A DNA stretch of 64,000 bases from Neocallimastix sp. 'constans' (taxonomy: Eukaryota). The notes below the pieces were generated by a model. It was not told the DNA's origin. It did not search any database and worked only from the letters and a program-made list of their open reading frames with translations. Made by a program: the position numbers and the translations under genes. The stretch lies in assembly GCA_050613775.1 (NCBI GenBank), contig JBODTK010000015.1, forward strand, positions 372,001 through 436,000, written 5' to 3'. Below are positions 26,701-39,249 of the stretch, in pieces; the first letter of the stretch is position 1, and each line of letters starts with the position of its first letter.

Positions 26701-28031
26701 GTACTATCACGTAAATTTGCAACATATGATAAATGCATATAAGTTAAAATTAATGAAAGCTATGATAAATAAAGATCAAAGCACTAAAAATGCTATTATG
26801 AGTAAGTTACATGAATTATCCAAAGTAATAAAGAAATACAGTAATGAATTAGAAAATATATCCAATGGAAATTTAACTAAATTTGAACCAAAATTATTAA
26901 TGATGGCAGATATGATACATGCGTATAATGAAATACTTTCAGTAGCTTTTATTAACAATGATAATAAAGTAGGAAATTTGACTTTGATGCCGATAGAACC
27001 AGTAAAATGATTGCCTGTCTGAACGTTTATAAATATAAGCAAATGATTAAATTCATGAAATATATGAAACAATTTAATCCGGATATACTACCATATGATG
27101 GTAAAAAGGATAAATCACAAGAACCATCCTATTCCAATCTATCAAAAGCTGGTAATAAATTAAGTGCAATTGAAGCATTTAAAAAATTTTAATTTCGATG
27201 AATACCCCACACCTGTTTCTCAAGTAATATTTTTATTTAAGGCATTTGAAGCAGTAGATGAGGCACTTTATATTGCTGATATTCGACTAACTAATACTAT
27301 TAAGAAAGGTTTGATAAAACTGAATAATAGTTTAATTAGAGGTTTATTTGGAGCAAATAAAGTATTATCCCCTACGGACAGAGATCCTGATGATATGTAC
27401 TCTGCGAAATTTTTATCTTCAATAACAGATGGTTCAGGACAAAGTGATCATTCTATAGCAGATGATACTACTCTCCAGATTCATTTAATTCTTTAACTTT
27501 ATTTTTTACATAATTCATTAATCCAGCTGTAGTAGTTTCACCTTCAACCAATGAACTACCAATGATCTCACCAGAAGATTCATCTGTCTTAACTTCAGAA
27601 TAAGGTAATAGTTTTTTATCGTTAGTAAATGATTTTAATTCAGACAAAGCTGATAAATAGGTATCCTCTATAATATCATCAGGAGATCCTGAAAAAACAA
27701 GAACAAGCTAAAAAATTAGCGGAATATTAAAGAAAGGATTTAGAAAATTAAAAAAGCAAGTTACTTCATCCATTGGAAGATCCAGTAAATCAGATATATC
27801 TAAAGTTAATAATAACATAAAAGTATGGGTAATGTTGTTTCTACAGTGGAATCAAATAGTAATGAATTTTCTTCAAGTACTATGGATAAAATGGAGAAAA
27901 AAAATCAGTCATCTTCTCCATCAGGTTCAAATAGTAATTCAAATTCCAAGATAAAAAATAAAATGAACTCAAAAAAATTAAAAAAATTACGTAAATCCTT
28001 AAAAAAGCTTTTAAAAAAATTAAATCACTGA
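23688..28031 (+). pseudogene. Long decayed protein-coding gene of unknown product
   Basis: About 4.3 kb of same-strand codon-like ORF fragments broken by stops and frameshifts, with poly-Asn/Ser linkers; no family recognised. Confidence 0.65.
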
Positions 28032-28879
28032 TAAATACTATTTTATATATATATATAAATAAATTATAAATTATTTTAATAATATAAATTAAAATTTTAA
28101 AATTTAAACATTTATTTTTAAAATATAATACTATCTAATTTTTTTTTTAATTGTTAATTTTTAATTTTTATTTATAATTTTATTTTTAATTGAAAAAAAA
28201 TGTAAATAATAATTAAAATAGTGAAATTAAAAAAAAAAATTAAAAATAAAAAATTAAATATAAAAAATTAAATATTAAAAATATATATATATATAAATAA
28301 AAATTAAAATAGAAAGAACAAAGAAAATTAAATATATATGTATATATAAATTAAAATAGAAAAAACTAAGAAAATTAAAAAAATATATAAATATATAAAA
28401 TAATAATTAAAATAGAAAGAACAAAGAAAATTAAAAAAAAAAAAAAAAAAAAAAAAAGGAAATAAAAAATGAATCAAAAATAATATATACTATAGATTAA
28501 AACAAAATAAAACAGATAATGGGTTATTTATAAAAAATTAAACAGTAAATTTAAATAAATAAAAATCATCTATAATGCTATTTAAATGTTTAATTAAAGA
28601 ATCATTATTTAAATAATATTTATTTTTATAAAAAGTAAAAAATATAATTTAATAATAAAAAATACAGATAATAAAAAATATTGATTAAAAAAAATTAGAA
28701 AGAAAATTTTAATAGTAAATTCATATTTATCCAAATTTAATAATTTATATATTTAATTATAAATTACATGAAAAATTAATAAAAATGAAAGCAATAAATT
28801 ATAAATTATATATAATAAATACTATTCAATAAAATGAAAATAGAAAATAACAAACAAAAAAGCAAACGAACAAACAAAC

Positions 28880-28990
28880 AAAAAATTAAAATAAAATAAA
28901 AAAAAATAAAATAAAATAAAAAAAAATAAAATAAAATAAAAAAAAATAAAATAAAATAAAAAAAAATAAAATAAAATAAAAAAAAAAATT
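28880..28990. repeat. A-rich 22-bp period simple repeat
   Basis: (AAATAAAATAAAATAAAAAAAA)-like units; source of the spurious ORF 28822-29016. Confidence 0.8.
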
Positions 28991-29425
28991 AATACAAATA
29001 AATCGTTATATATCAAATTTAAAATTACAATATATTATTTATATTAATTTTCCTTTTTCATCTATAGGGGTTACTTAGTACAATGATTGATTAAAAATAT
29101 TTAATATAAAAATTAATAAATAATTTTTTTTTTTAAAAAAATAATTATTAAAAAATTAATAAATAAAAAATATTTATCAAAAATAAAATAAAAATAAAAT
29201 AAATATAAAATAAAAATAAAATAAAAATAAAATTTATTAAATAACTATAATAAAAACTAAATAAAATATAATAATTAGTATACAATTCATTAAAAGAAAA
29301 AAAATAATAAAATTCATGTAAATAAACATTAATTATATTAAATAATTTTGTTTTTTCATTATTTAATCATTACTATTGCTGAGATTAATATCTTAATAAC
29401 CTTAAAAATAAATAAAAATTATAAA

Positions 29426-31304
29426 ATGACAAAATACATTTTTTTTATTTTATTTTATATTTTTTAATAGAATACAATAAAGCGGTATATGGTAAAGACG
29501 GATATTATTTAATTATAATAAAATATAATCCTAAAAAAGAACAATTAGAAAGTGAAGATTTCATTAATAACAAAATTGAATCTATATTTAATGTGATTAA
29601 AAACACTGTGGAAACATATAATGAGGTTGAATATGTTAAAAAAGAAATTGATAAATATGAAAACTTTAAGAATTTGAAAAGGAAAAGACATATTATAAAT
29701 GATGATAATAATGTCATTGGTGGGGATGATAAACTTAGGAAATAAGAGATGACACTAATTTAGTGTACAATCTTTCAGAATATAAAGATTCTAGTGCTTC
29801 TCTATGGTTACTTAAATGAAAATATAATTAAATATATAAAGGAAATAATAAATATTGAAAAATTGTGTTCCTGATACAGAAATGTTTGATACGGCAATTG
29901 AAACATCAGACGACACCTATGAAACCTTAGATTTAAATAAGAACATATTGGATAAAGAAGAATCCCAAGACATTATATATTACGATACAGAAGCTATTAA
30001 ATCTGAAAGTAAATGGAAAAAGGTCAATATACAAACTGATTCATATAATCATTTATCTTTGGTATCTCAATTCAAATATGATAAAAATATTATCAATTCA
30101 TATGATAACAATTACTATTTTTCAGAAAAAGCTGGAGAAGGTACAGATATTTCTATTATTGATGATGGCATTAATACTATGCATGTAGATTTTCAAAATC
30201 AGAAAGGATATCATATAAATAAGCGTACTGTTAAGTGTGATGCCATTATAATTAATGCCAAAGTCGAAGAAATTGATGAGAATGATGAAAGGTCGAAATT
30301 ATGTACTGTTAATCATAACGGAGAAATGCCTAAACATAGAACATATGTCACGACCGTAGCTGGTGGATTTTATTTTGGAGTTGCTAAAAAAGCCAATATT
30401 CATGTTATTGCTTCGGACATTACCATTGGAAGTGTTATTAAAGCCCTAGAATATATTAAAAATCTTTCAGAAAGATCAACAAATTACATTAATCCTCATA
30501 AAACTATTATTATTATATCTCATGGAACTTACGATATCCATGAATATACAGATTTAAAAAATTATTTAAATAAAATTATCGATTTAGGATTTATTGTTAT
30601 TGCTGGTGCAGGTAATAATAATGTTGATGCTGATGAGGATAATAATGGTAATGATGGTGGTGATGATGAGGAGGAGGGGGATGGTGATGATGATGATATA
30701 AAAATAATAATAATAATTGCTAAAAAATAATAGTTTATAAATACTAACAATAATAATTATTAATAATAATTTTGTTACAGGAAATAAATGTAAAAACATT
30801 TCTAAAAGTCAAAATTGGAAATTCTCAATTGAATTTAATAAAATTGGTAATGACGAAAATAATTCCAATATAAGAAATTATGTGTCTTTAGACGCTAAAA
30901 AAAGTTGGATTTATAATCCAGAAACTAAATTATGTCTTTACTGGAATGATTCAAGTTCAATATCCAAACCCTATTTGAAAGAATGTTCTAATTCAAATAA
31001 TAACTTATGGTATATTTCAAATAATTTAAGCTATTTTGTTAGTTATAAGGATAGCTTTTTTTGTTTATTTGTTAATACATCAGGTAATGTTACAATTAAA
31101 AAGTGTGAATATGATGCATCTTTATTAATATATAGTAAAAATAAAATAAAATATTCAGATTTAAATAATATTGACAAATGTTTAGGTATTCAAAATTATA
31201 ATAATATGAACAAAGAAAATATAACTGTAACCATGAATAAATGTAACAATGATAATAAAGATCAAAATTGGATAATATCATCTGAATTTCCTTCAAATCT
31301 ATAA
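29426..31304 (+). pseudogene. Secreted subtilisin-like (S8) protease with C-terminal ricin-B lectin domain, inactivated
   Basis: Frameshifted signal peptide and prodomain; Asp motif ISIIDDGI, His motif HRT (canonical HGT), oxyanion AGAGNN; catalytic Ser segment absent; ricin-like Cys/Trp repeats ending QNW in 30882-31304. Confidence 0.85.
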
Positions 31305-32321
31305 TTATTTTAAAAAAAAATAAATTTAATTATTATAAAAAATAATCCTAAGACAACAATAAAAATAAAAAATTATTACCAAAACAAAAAAATAGAATCA
31401 TAAAAATAGTTATAATCATAATAATTATAATAAAATTAAAAAATGCAAAGAAAACGAAAAAGAAAACAAATTATAATAACGAATAGTAATAATAATAAAA
31501 AATAAAGTACTAATAAATAAATCTAAGTATTAATAAATAAATAAAATTTTAATTAAATAAATAATTTCATTAAATGTTATAATTTCAAATGAAATAATAT
31601 ATATACACAAATATATAATAAATAAAATATATAATTATATGTAATAATATTTTTGTTATGATTAAAATAAAATTTTTTATTAAAATAAATTATATATTAA
31701 AATTGTTAATTAAAAAGTATTTTAAATATTTATTTTAAACATTATTAAAAATATAGTTAATGATAAATAAAATTATTATATTACTTTTTATTGAATAAAT
31801 AATTTTTTACATAAATAATAAATACTAAATTATAAAATAAAATATAAAAATAAAAATATTATTACTAATTTTTTATATAAAACTTAATAATATAGTCAAA
31901 AAATTATAATTCATACGTTAAAATTTAATTCTAAAATCATAATAAGAAACTTTTGTGTTACAGTGCAAATATCTATGTTTTATTTTTGTATTTTTGTTTT
32001 TATTTTTTTTTTTTTTACTTATTATTGTTTTATTTTTTATTTGCATTTTATTTGTTTATGGCTTTATTCACTTTTGATTTTATTTTCATATGATTTTATT
32101 TTTAATTTTAATATTAGTTTTAAATTTAAAATTACTAAATTAATAATTATTATTAAATTACAAATTACATTTTTTTTATTAATTAAATTAATATAAAAAA
32201 AAATATTTATAATTCTAGACTTTTATTTCCTTCAATAGAACTTTAGATTCCTATCTTTTTATAATATTTTCTTCTATTATATTAATATTATTAAATTTAT
32301 AATAAATAAAGTTTAATAATT

Positions 32322-32437
32322 AAATATAATAATAATAATTATAAATAATAAAATATAATAATAATAATTATAAATAATAAAATATAATAACAATAATTAT
32401 AAATAATTAAATATAATAATAATAATTATAAATAATT
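32322..32437. repeat. 4 x 29-bp AT minisatellite ~200 bp upstream of the large ORF
   Basis: Unit AAATATAATAATAATAATTATAAATAATA starting at 32322, 32351, 32380 and 32409. Confidence 0.8.
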
Positions 32438-32643
32438 AATTTTAATAACAAACGATTTATAATAAAAATAATAACAATAATAAAATAACTACCCTAATAA
32501 TAATAATAAATAACTTAATAATAAAATTAAAATATTTGTATAGTAAAAATCAATTAAAAAAATAAATAAATACTAAATACTTTAAAATATATAAATAAAT
32601 AGGTAAAATAAAAATAATAAAAAAAAATATAAAAAAAAAAAAC

Positions 32644-35600
32644 ATGGAATGCTCGCATCTTCATCTCCTTCATTCAATTTTAATAATATTAGTTTATATT
32701 ACTAATATTAATTCATTTTCACTAAATAAAAATAATAGTGATAACTTTGAAGTAAATGAAGAACAAACTGATATTTTTGGAATAAAGGAAGTAGAATCTG
32801 ATATTTATGGCCTAAAAGAAGAAGAATCTGATATTTTTGGAATAATAGAAGAAGAATTAGAACCTTTTGAATTAAAAGAAGAAGTATCCGATATTCCTAC
32901 GTTAGGTTTAGAAAGAAAATACTGCGATTTCTGTAATTTAAAGGATGGTAAAATATATTTAATTGAAAATACCAAAGACTTAAATTTAGAAGATTATATG
33001 CGGGAAGATTATATTTGGGACGGGTATAGTTTCTGTTGTGACGGTATTCCTGATAATAACGAATTATTATTTTATAAAGCAAATGGTATTACGTTGAAGG
33101 TAGTTAAAAAAGTGAATCAATCGAAAAATAATAAAATTAAAATTTTAAATAAAAGAAATGAAGAAAGCAATAATAATGAATCCGAAATACATAAATTATT
33201 AAAAGAAGCGGAAAAAGAATCTCAAAGTATAGACACATATGAAGTAAAAAAAGTAACAACAGAACAAATTTACGATATATATAGAGAAAGTAAACGAAAG
33301 TGCCTACCTTTAACAAGCCAAAATCCTCTGGCTAACCCTTATTCAGAAAAATTAACAGGAAGAAAATTTGCTAATGTAAGACTTGGATATGGGTCACCAG
33401 TAGTGTTAGGTGTTCTTAAATGTGATACAGAAGAGCAATGTGAAATTAGTTTAGGGTACAGTAAAACCATGAGTTTTGGATATTCCTATAGTCTGACAGA
33501 TACTGACTCAAAAAGTAATTCCTATTCATATGGTAATTCACAGTCAAATAATATAGAAGAGAGTAAGGGTAATGATATCAGTGATACTATTGAAGTGTCA
33601 ATGCAGAATACAAGATCTAGAGAAACATCAGGAAGTCTTTCAGAAACTTTCAGTGAAGAACTTTCTCGAACCTCTGAAATAAGTATTGGATACTCGTATT
33701 CCAAAACAAAAAGCGAAGAAGAAACTCACACTGAAAACCATGAAGTCTCAAGATCGGACACTACAAGTCGTGAAAAAAGTTCAACTACTGGTTACAGTAG
33801 GGATTCCGGTACTTCAGATAGTGATAACGATATATCTACTAATGTGTGTGATTCCAATGGTTGGAATCATGATAGAGGATTTAGTAGAGAAAAAAGTAAG
33901 ACAGATAGTGAACATCACAACGAAGGTAGTTCTACTTCTGAACATGTTAATGCTAACTTTAAAGTTGTAGAAGCTGGAGTTGAACATAGTAATAATAGTG
34001 AAGACGGTACAGAAAAATCGAAAACTAAAAGTACAAGTAGAAGCTTTAATAATGGTTGGAATGGAAATCATGAACAGTGCATTACTACTTCTTCTAGTCA
34101 CGTTAAAACTCAAAATGAAAGTTGGAGTAACAGTGAAACAATTACTAATGGGTTCAGTCATACTGATACTTATACTGACGGTATTTCTGATTCAAAAACA
34201 CGTGGACATAGTGAAACGAATACTTATGATACTTCGACGAGCGATTCAATTTCAGATGCCATTACAAGTTCATATTCAACCGAAAGAGGATGGACCAAAG
34301 GAAATTCAGATACTTATGGAAATAACTATAGTCATACCTTTGGTAAATCAAATAATTACAGTGAAGGACATACCTATAGTGATGAATACAACGAAACTTT
34401 AGAAAAATCCAAAGGTTTAGATATAGCAAAATCATTTAATAATAATACCGCTGTTACTTTAAGTACTACAGTTAATTATAAATTGAATAAAAATGAAAGT
34501 AAATATGTTGTAGTTAGACCTTTAGTTCATTCAATATTTATCCCTTGGGTGTGCGGTATTGATAATGAAGAAGATTACAGAACTGTTGATTTCTATGGAA
34601 AAGAAGTGAGGGTTAATTATGAATTCGTATATTCCGAAATTTCAATTATTGAAAAAGATGGAGAACAGCCATATACAGCATATTCCGTATTAGATATATC
34701 CGATGATGAATATATGTTTGAAGTTGCTAAAACTGAGTTGCAGACTGCAAGAGCTTTTGGAGAAAATATCTCTGGAGATGAAATAGTAGATTTCAATTTA
34801 CTTAGGCAAGGTTTTTATATGACAAAAACTAGCAGTGATATTCCAGAATCCGACTCATCGGCTGCTAAATTATTGACTACAGATAAAGGTATGGTAAAAT
34901 TCTACTTAAAAGATGATGGCAATTTGGTCTTAACATATGGAAGTGATATTATATGGCAAACTCATACAGACTTTTTGGACAATATGGCTAGTGATATGAG
35001 ATTTTCAATAAAAAAGAATGGCCATCTTGTATTGGAAGCTAAGAATATTTTAGTAGATGGATATAGAAAAGATGAATGGATACCAGTATGGGATTCTCTT
35101 CCATATGATCTTGATTTTAATGTCGGTGTAGCTCCAAGAGACCAGTATAAATTATTGTTAGCAGCTCCAACAAAAAATACTACTCCATCATACAAAGCTA
35201 GATTAGAACTTTATGATGAATATAACGTACTAATATGGTCTTCTGAGGAAAATTTATGTAAACATTACAAAGGCTATATTTTGCCACAAAATTACGGTAT
35301 TCCAACCAAAATTGATATTGAACCTAAATTTGGTGTCAAGTCGGACCTTTACTGCTATGCTAATAAATATTGTGATGTCCATAGTACTATTTTAACAAAT
35401 ATTAAATACGTTCATACCGGGGTATACACATCTTCAACTCATGATTGTTCCAATAAACCATTTTTGCAACAAAATGAAGGAATGATATCTCCAAAAGGAA
35501 GATTCAAGTTCATTTTAACCAATCATGGAAATGTATTATTTAAGGATGGATCCCGAACAATGTGGGAATCCAAAACTTCCAAAAGGTGGTTTGCTACTCC

Positions 35601-36427
35601 ACCTTATTATATGTTCATAACTGACTTAGGGGAATTAGTAGTAAGAGATAGTCAAGGATATAACATTTGGAGTACGTATATCAGTGAAGATAAAATTGAT
35701 ATTAAAAAAATTAATCCACCTTTCAACATTATTCTAAATGATAATGGTGAATTTTATATTAAGGATTCAATTACTTGTAATAATGAAAAGAAATGTGACC
35801 TATTAGGTGGAAAGTTAGTAAATGATGAAAATGATATTTATTGTAATAAAAGAAGTAATATAAATAAGTATTTAATTTATTCTTATGATTTAAACAATTA
35901 TGAGTGTGAAGAGGTGAGTGAATGTTCTTGTATTTTAGACATTGATACCAGATGTTGTACTGAAGAAGAAATAAAAGAAGCTGAAAAAAATAACGAAGAT
36001 ATAGGTCATCTTGGGAAAAGAAATATGGAATTAATTCCAGATGATTTACTTTTTGATTTAGCTGAAAAAATAAATACATATGAAAACGGCAATTCTACTC
36101 TGATTCCTGAAGGTGATCTTTACTTTTACGTTTCTAAATATTTTATTTACAAAAATGGTGAATTGTGTTCTTTACCTATTATAAATAAGAATTTATCAAA
36201 ATTAAGAATAAAGCAAATTTCCCCGGATAACACTGATATGGATCCAGTTGTAACAACAAAAACTTCTATTTCAACTTCAACATTAGAAAGTAAAACCACT
36301 TCCCTTAATTCTTCCACTACTACTACTTTATTAACTTCAAACTTTGAAGATATGACAACAATCTCAAGACCTGATCATGATATCAGTACTACTACTACTA
36401 CAACCATTTCACCTACTATTAATGAAT

Positions 36428-36470
<43 letters not shown>

Positions 36471-38115
36471 CACTACTACTACTACCACCACTACTACCAC
36501 CACTACTACTACCACTTCACCTACTATTAACTCATCTACTACTAATTCACCTACCACTACTGCTACTACTACAACAATTACTATTTCCGAATTCACAACT
36601 TCAGTTCCTCCAGATCCATCAGAAGATATTCTTACTATAAAAATGTTTGAAGATTTATGTTTTAAAATAAATCAGGAAAATAGTTTCTTTGATGGATATT
36701 GCTATTTATTTGAAAATATAGAAAACCCAGAGGAAATTTGCGAAAATTCGTTAAGAGGTAAATACACTACTGATCCAGATGGAATTGAAGGTTGTAAATA
36801 CATTGGTAAATCAAAGGAAAAAAGATACACAAGTACCAATGTTCAAATTCAAAAATTAGAAAAAAGAATTGATACTGAGGTTCCAAATTACCTTTGGCAT
36901 ATGTGGCCAACCAAGGAATTAAATGGTTATATTATTTATTCAGAACCAAAAATTGTTGCATATGAGTCTTGTAATGAAGTTCCAAGAAGTAAATACATTA
37001 TGGGATTAAAATCTAACGATGTAAATGGGTATAATCGTATATTCCCTGGAGAAAAAATAAGAGATTATTATGATCTTCGTTCTTTACAATTAGAGGATCA
37101 TAGACTTCTTTGGGTTAAGCATTCAAATAAATTTAACGACGTTATTACTATATATAAAAATGAAGAGGAAAAAATTAGCTATGCTGAATTAAGTAATGAT
37201 GGGTTATTAAATATATACAGTAAAGACAAAGTTTTATTTAGTATGGGTGTTAAATCAAAAACAGAAGACGTCTTTACTCTTGGTATTCCAATTTTAACTA
37301 CAACAACTACAAAAACAACTACTACTAAACCAAAACCATCAATAACAACAACTTATACTAAAACTACCTATACTGCTATAAAGTATAAGGGAACTGTATC
37401 TGATAGTTCAAAGTATTATTTAGGTGTTCCAAAACTTGAAAAAAATACAAAATTCAAATTAAATGAAAAAAATAAATATTACACTTGGTTTGTAACTTCT
37501 TTAAATAAACCATCATTTATGTATTTATCAAACGGAACTAACGGTTCCACTGGATCATTAACAGATTACTGTTTAAGCGTTAGCTCTGAAATAGATTACG
37601 ATGAGTATTATTATATGAACCTTGTTAAATGTTCTAGTGCAAAATATAAATTTAAATATGGTGATTCTTATGCCGACGCAATTTATATATTCAATAAAGA
37701 TAATTCTTACTATAAAGATAAACATGATAACAAGTTATGTGTTTATTATACGGATTATCCAAGAATATACAAATGTAAAAATCCCCGCAACTATTCAAAT
37801 TTAAAATGGGATAAAATAACTGGTGGTAATTATGTAGATACTAAATCTACTATTATTACCCTTACAGAATCACCTACATCTTTTACAACAAAGAAAACTA
37901 CTAAAATATCTACTACTAAAATAAACAAAACAAGTACAAAGTCTAAAACATCAAGTAAACCAACTATAAAATCGACTGATAGATGTGGTGAATTCACCGA
38001 TGCTATTTATATTTGTTCGAAAGACTACTGTTGCAGTAAGCACGGGTATTGCGGTAGCAGTAGTAGCTATTGTAATAATGGTTGTCAAAAACAATTCGGT
38101 AAATGCTTATTATAA
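32644..38115 (+). CDS. Secreted 1823-aa multidomain protein: aerolysin/ETX-MTX2-like beta-pore-forming module with giant Ser/Thr hairpin, bulb-type lectin domains, Thr-rich linkers, ricin-B-like domain, CBM18 chitin-binding domain
   Basis: Intact 5.5-kb ORF; hydrophobic N-terminus; S/T alternating region aa 268-613; bulb-lectin motifs (LKDDGNLVL..IIWQT, LTNHGNVLF..MWES, ITDLGELVV..IWST); C-terminal RCG...CCSKHGYCG..SYC..GCQ..FGKC. The CDS and CBM18 are near certain; the pore-forming call is inference. Confidence 0.9.
33445..34482 (+). other. Symmetric Ser/Thr-rich beta-hairpin region (aa 268-613, apex F439-K440-V441)
   Basis: No Pro across the arms; apex HVNANFKVVEAGVEH; C402 and C479 equidistant from the apex. 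Confidence 0.7.
34801..35769 (+). other. Two tandem bulb-type (GNA-like) lectin domains
   Basis: Repeated [LI]xxxG[NEH]LV[LV]...[IVM]W[SQE][ST] subdomains. Confidence 0.75.
37981..38106 (+). other. CBM18/hevein chitin-binding domain
   Basis: Eight-Cys pattern with CCSKHGYCG. Confidence 0.93.
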
Positions 38116-39192
38116 TTTAAAAACTTTTAGACCTTTATAGCTTTTAACAATTATCAATAAGTAAATTAATTTATTTAATTAATTAAACTATTCTAAATAA
38201 TTAAATAGATAATTTTTGCATATGTTTTTCATTTTTAATAAAATATAATGAAATATATAATATTCTGATTTAATATTATTAAAATGAATTGGATATTTTC
38301 ATATTTAAAAAATATATAAATTAAATCAAAATAATATATATTAATATATTTGTGAAAAATAAAATTATTATACATTCCTTTAAATTAGATTTAAATATTT
38401 TAAAATATTGAAAATTTTAATAAATTTAGATTAGAAATAACAATACATAAAAAAATTAAATATATATATTAATATTTAATGTTAATCAAAAAATGTGATA
38501 AAAATATAAAATAAAATAAATAGAATCTAATTAGCAATTAAACAATCATAAAAAAAATAATATAGAGATAATTTTTTTTAATAATTAAAGAAAATAATAA
38601 ATAGATAGAGATTAATAAATTTAATTGGGTGTAATTTTTAAAAATAAATTTTTGGATAGTATAATATAATGTTAAATTAAAATTGAAATCAAAATTTACA
38701 TAAATTAAATAATTCATTAAAATATAAAAATTTGAAATACTTATTAAATAAAATAATAATAATAATAAAATTGAACAAAAAAAAAAAAAATAAAAAATTA
38801 CATAGGTAGTTTTAATATTATATATATATTAAGTAAAAATTATTATAAATTAATTAAAAATTACTATTAATAATTGTTGAGATAACATTTTTAAATTAAA
38901 AGAAATATAATAAACTAAAAAAAATTATAAACACATTAAATAAGAATTCAAATATTGTATATGCTGATTATTCTTTGTTAAATTTTTTATTAAATATAAA
39001 AAATAATATTTTTAATAATTATCATTACAAATATTAATATTTTTATTTTATTTTATTATTTTTTTAATAATTATTATATTCGATTTTAATTTTTATTTAT
39101 TTTTATTTTTTTAATATAATTTATAGCTTAATAATTTTTTTTTTTCAATTTACAAAATAAAAATAATAATAATAGTAATGATAATAATAATA

Positions 39193-39243
<51 letters not shown>

Positions 39244-39249
39244 AAATTA

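Noticed and set aside
28822..29016. Phe/Ile-rich ORF
   Set aside because: Translation of an A-rich simple repeat.
23688..31304. Frameshifts as sequencing errors hiding intact genes
   Set aside because: There are also in-frame stops and a domain deletion, and the neighbouring 5.5-kb ORF is uninterrupted, so decay is more likely; a few homopolymer errors cannot be excluded.
31963..32196. Hydrophobic 77-aa ORF between the protease and the large gene (possible immunity peptide)
   Set aside because: Non-ATG start and T-rich low-complexity DNA; no coding signal.
33522..35195. Several overlapping short ORFs in other frames
   Set aside because: Shadow ORFs of the large CDS, with no independent motifs.
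36375..36640. Poly-Val and poly-Leu ORFs resembling membrane proteins
   Set aside because: Alternative frames of the poly-Thr (ACT/ACC)n tract in the 1823-aa gene.
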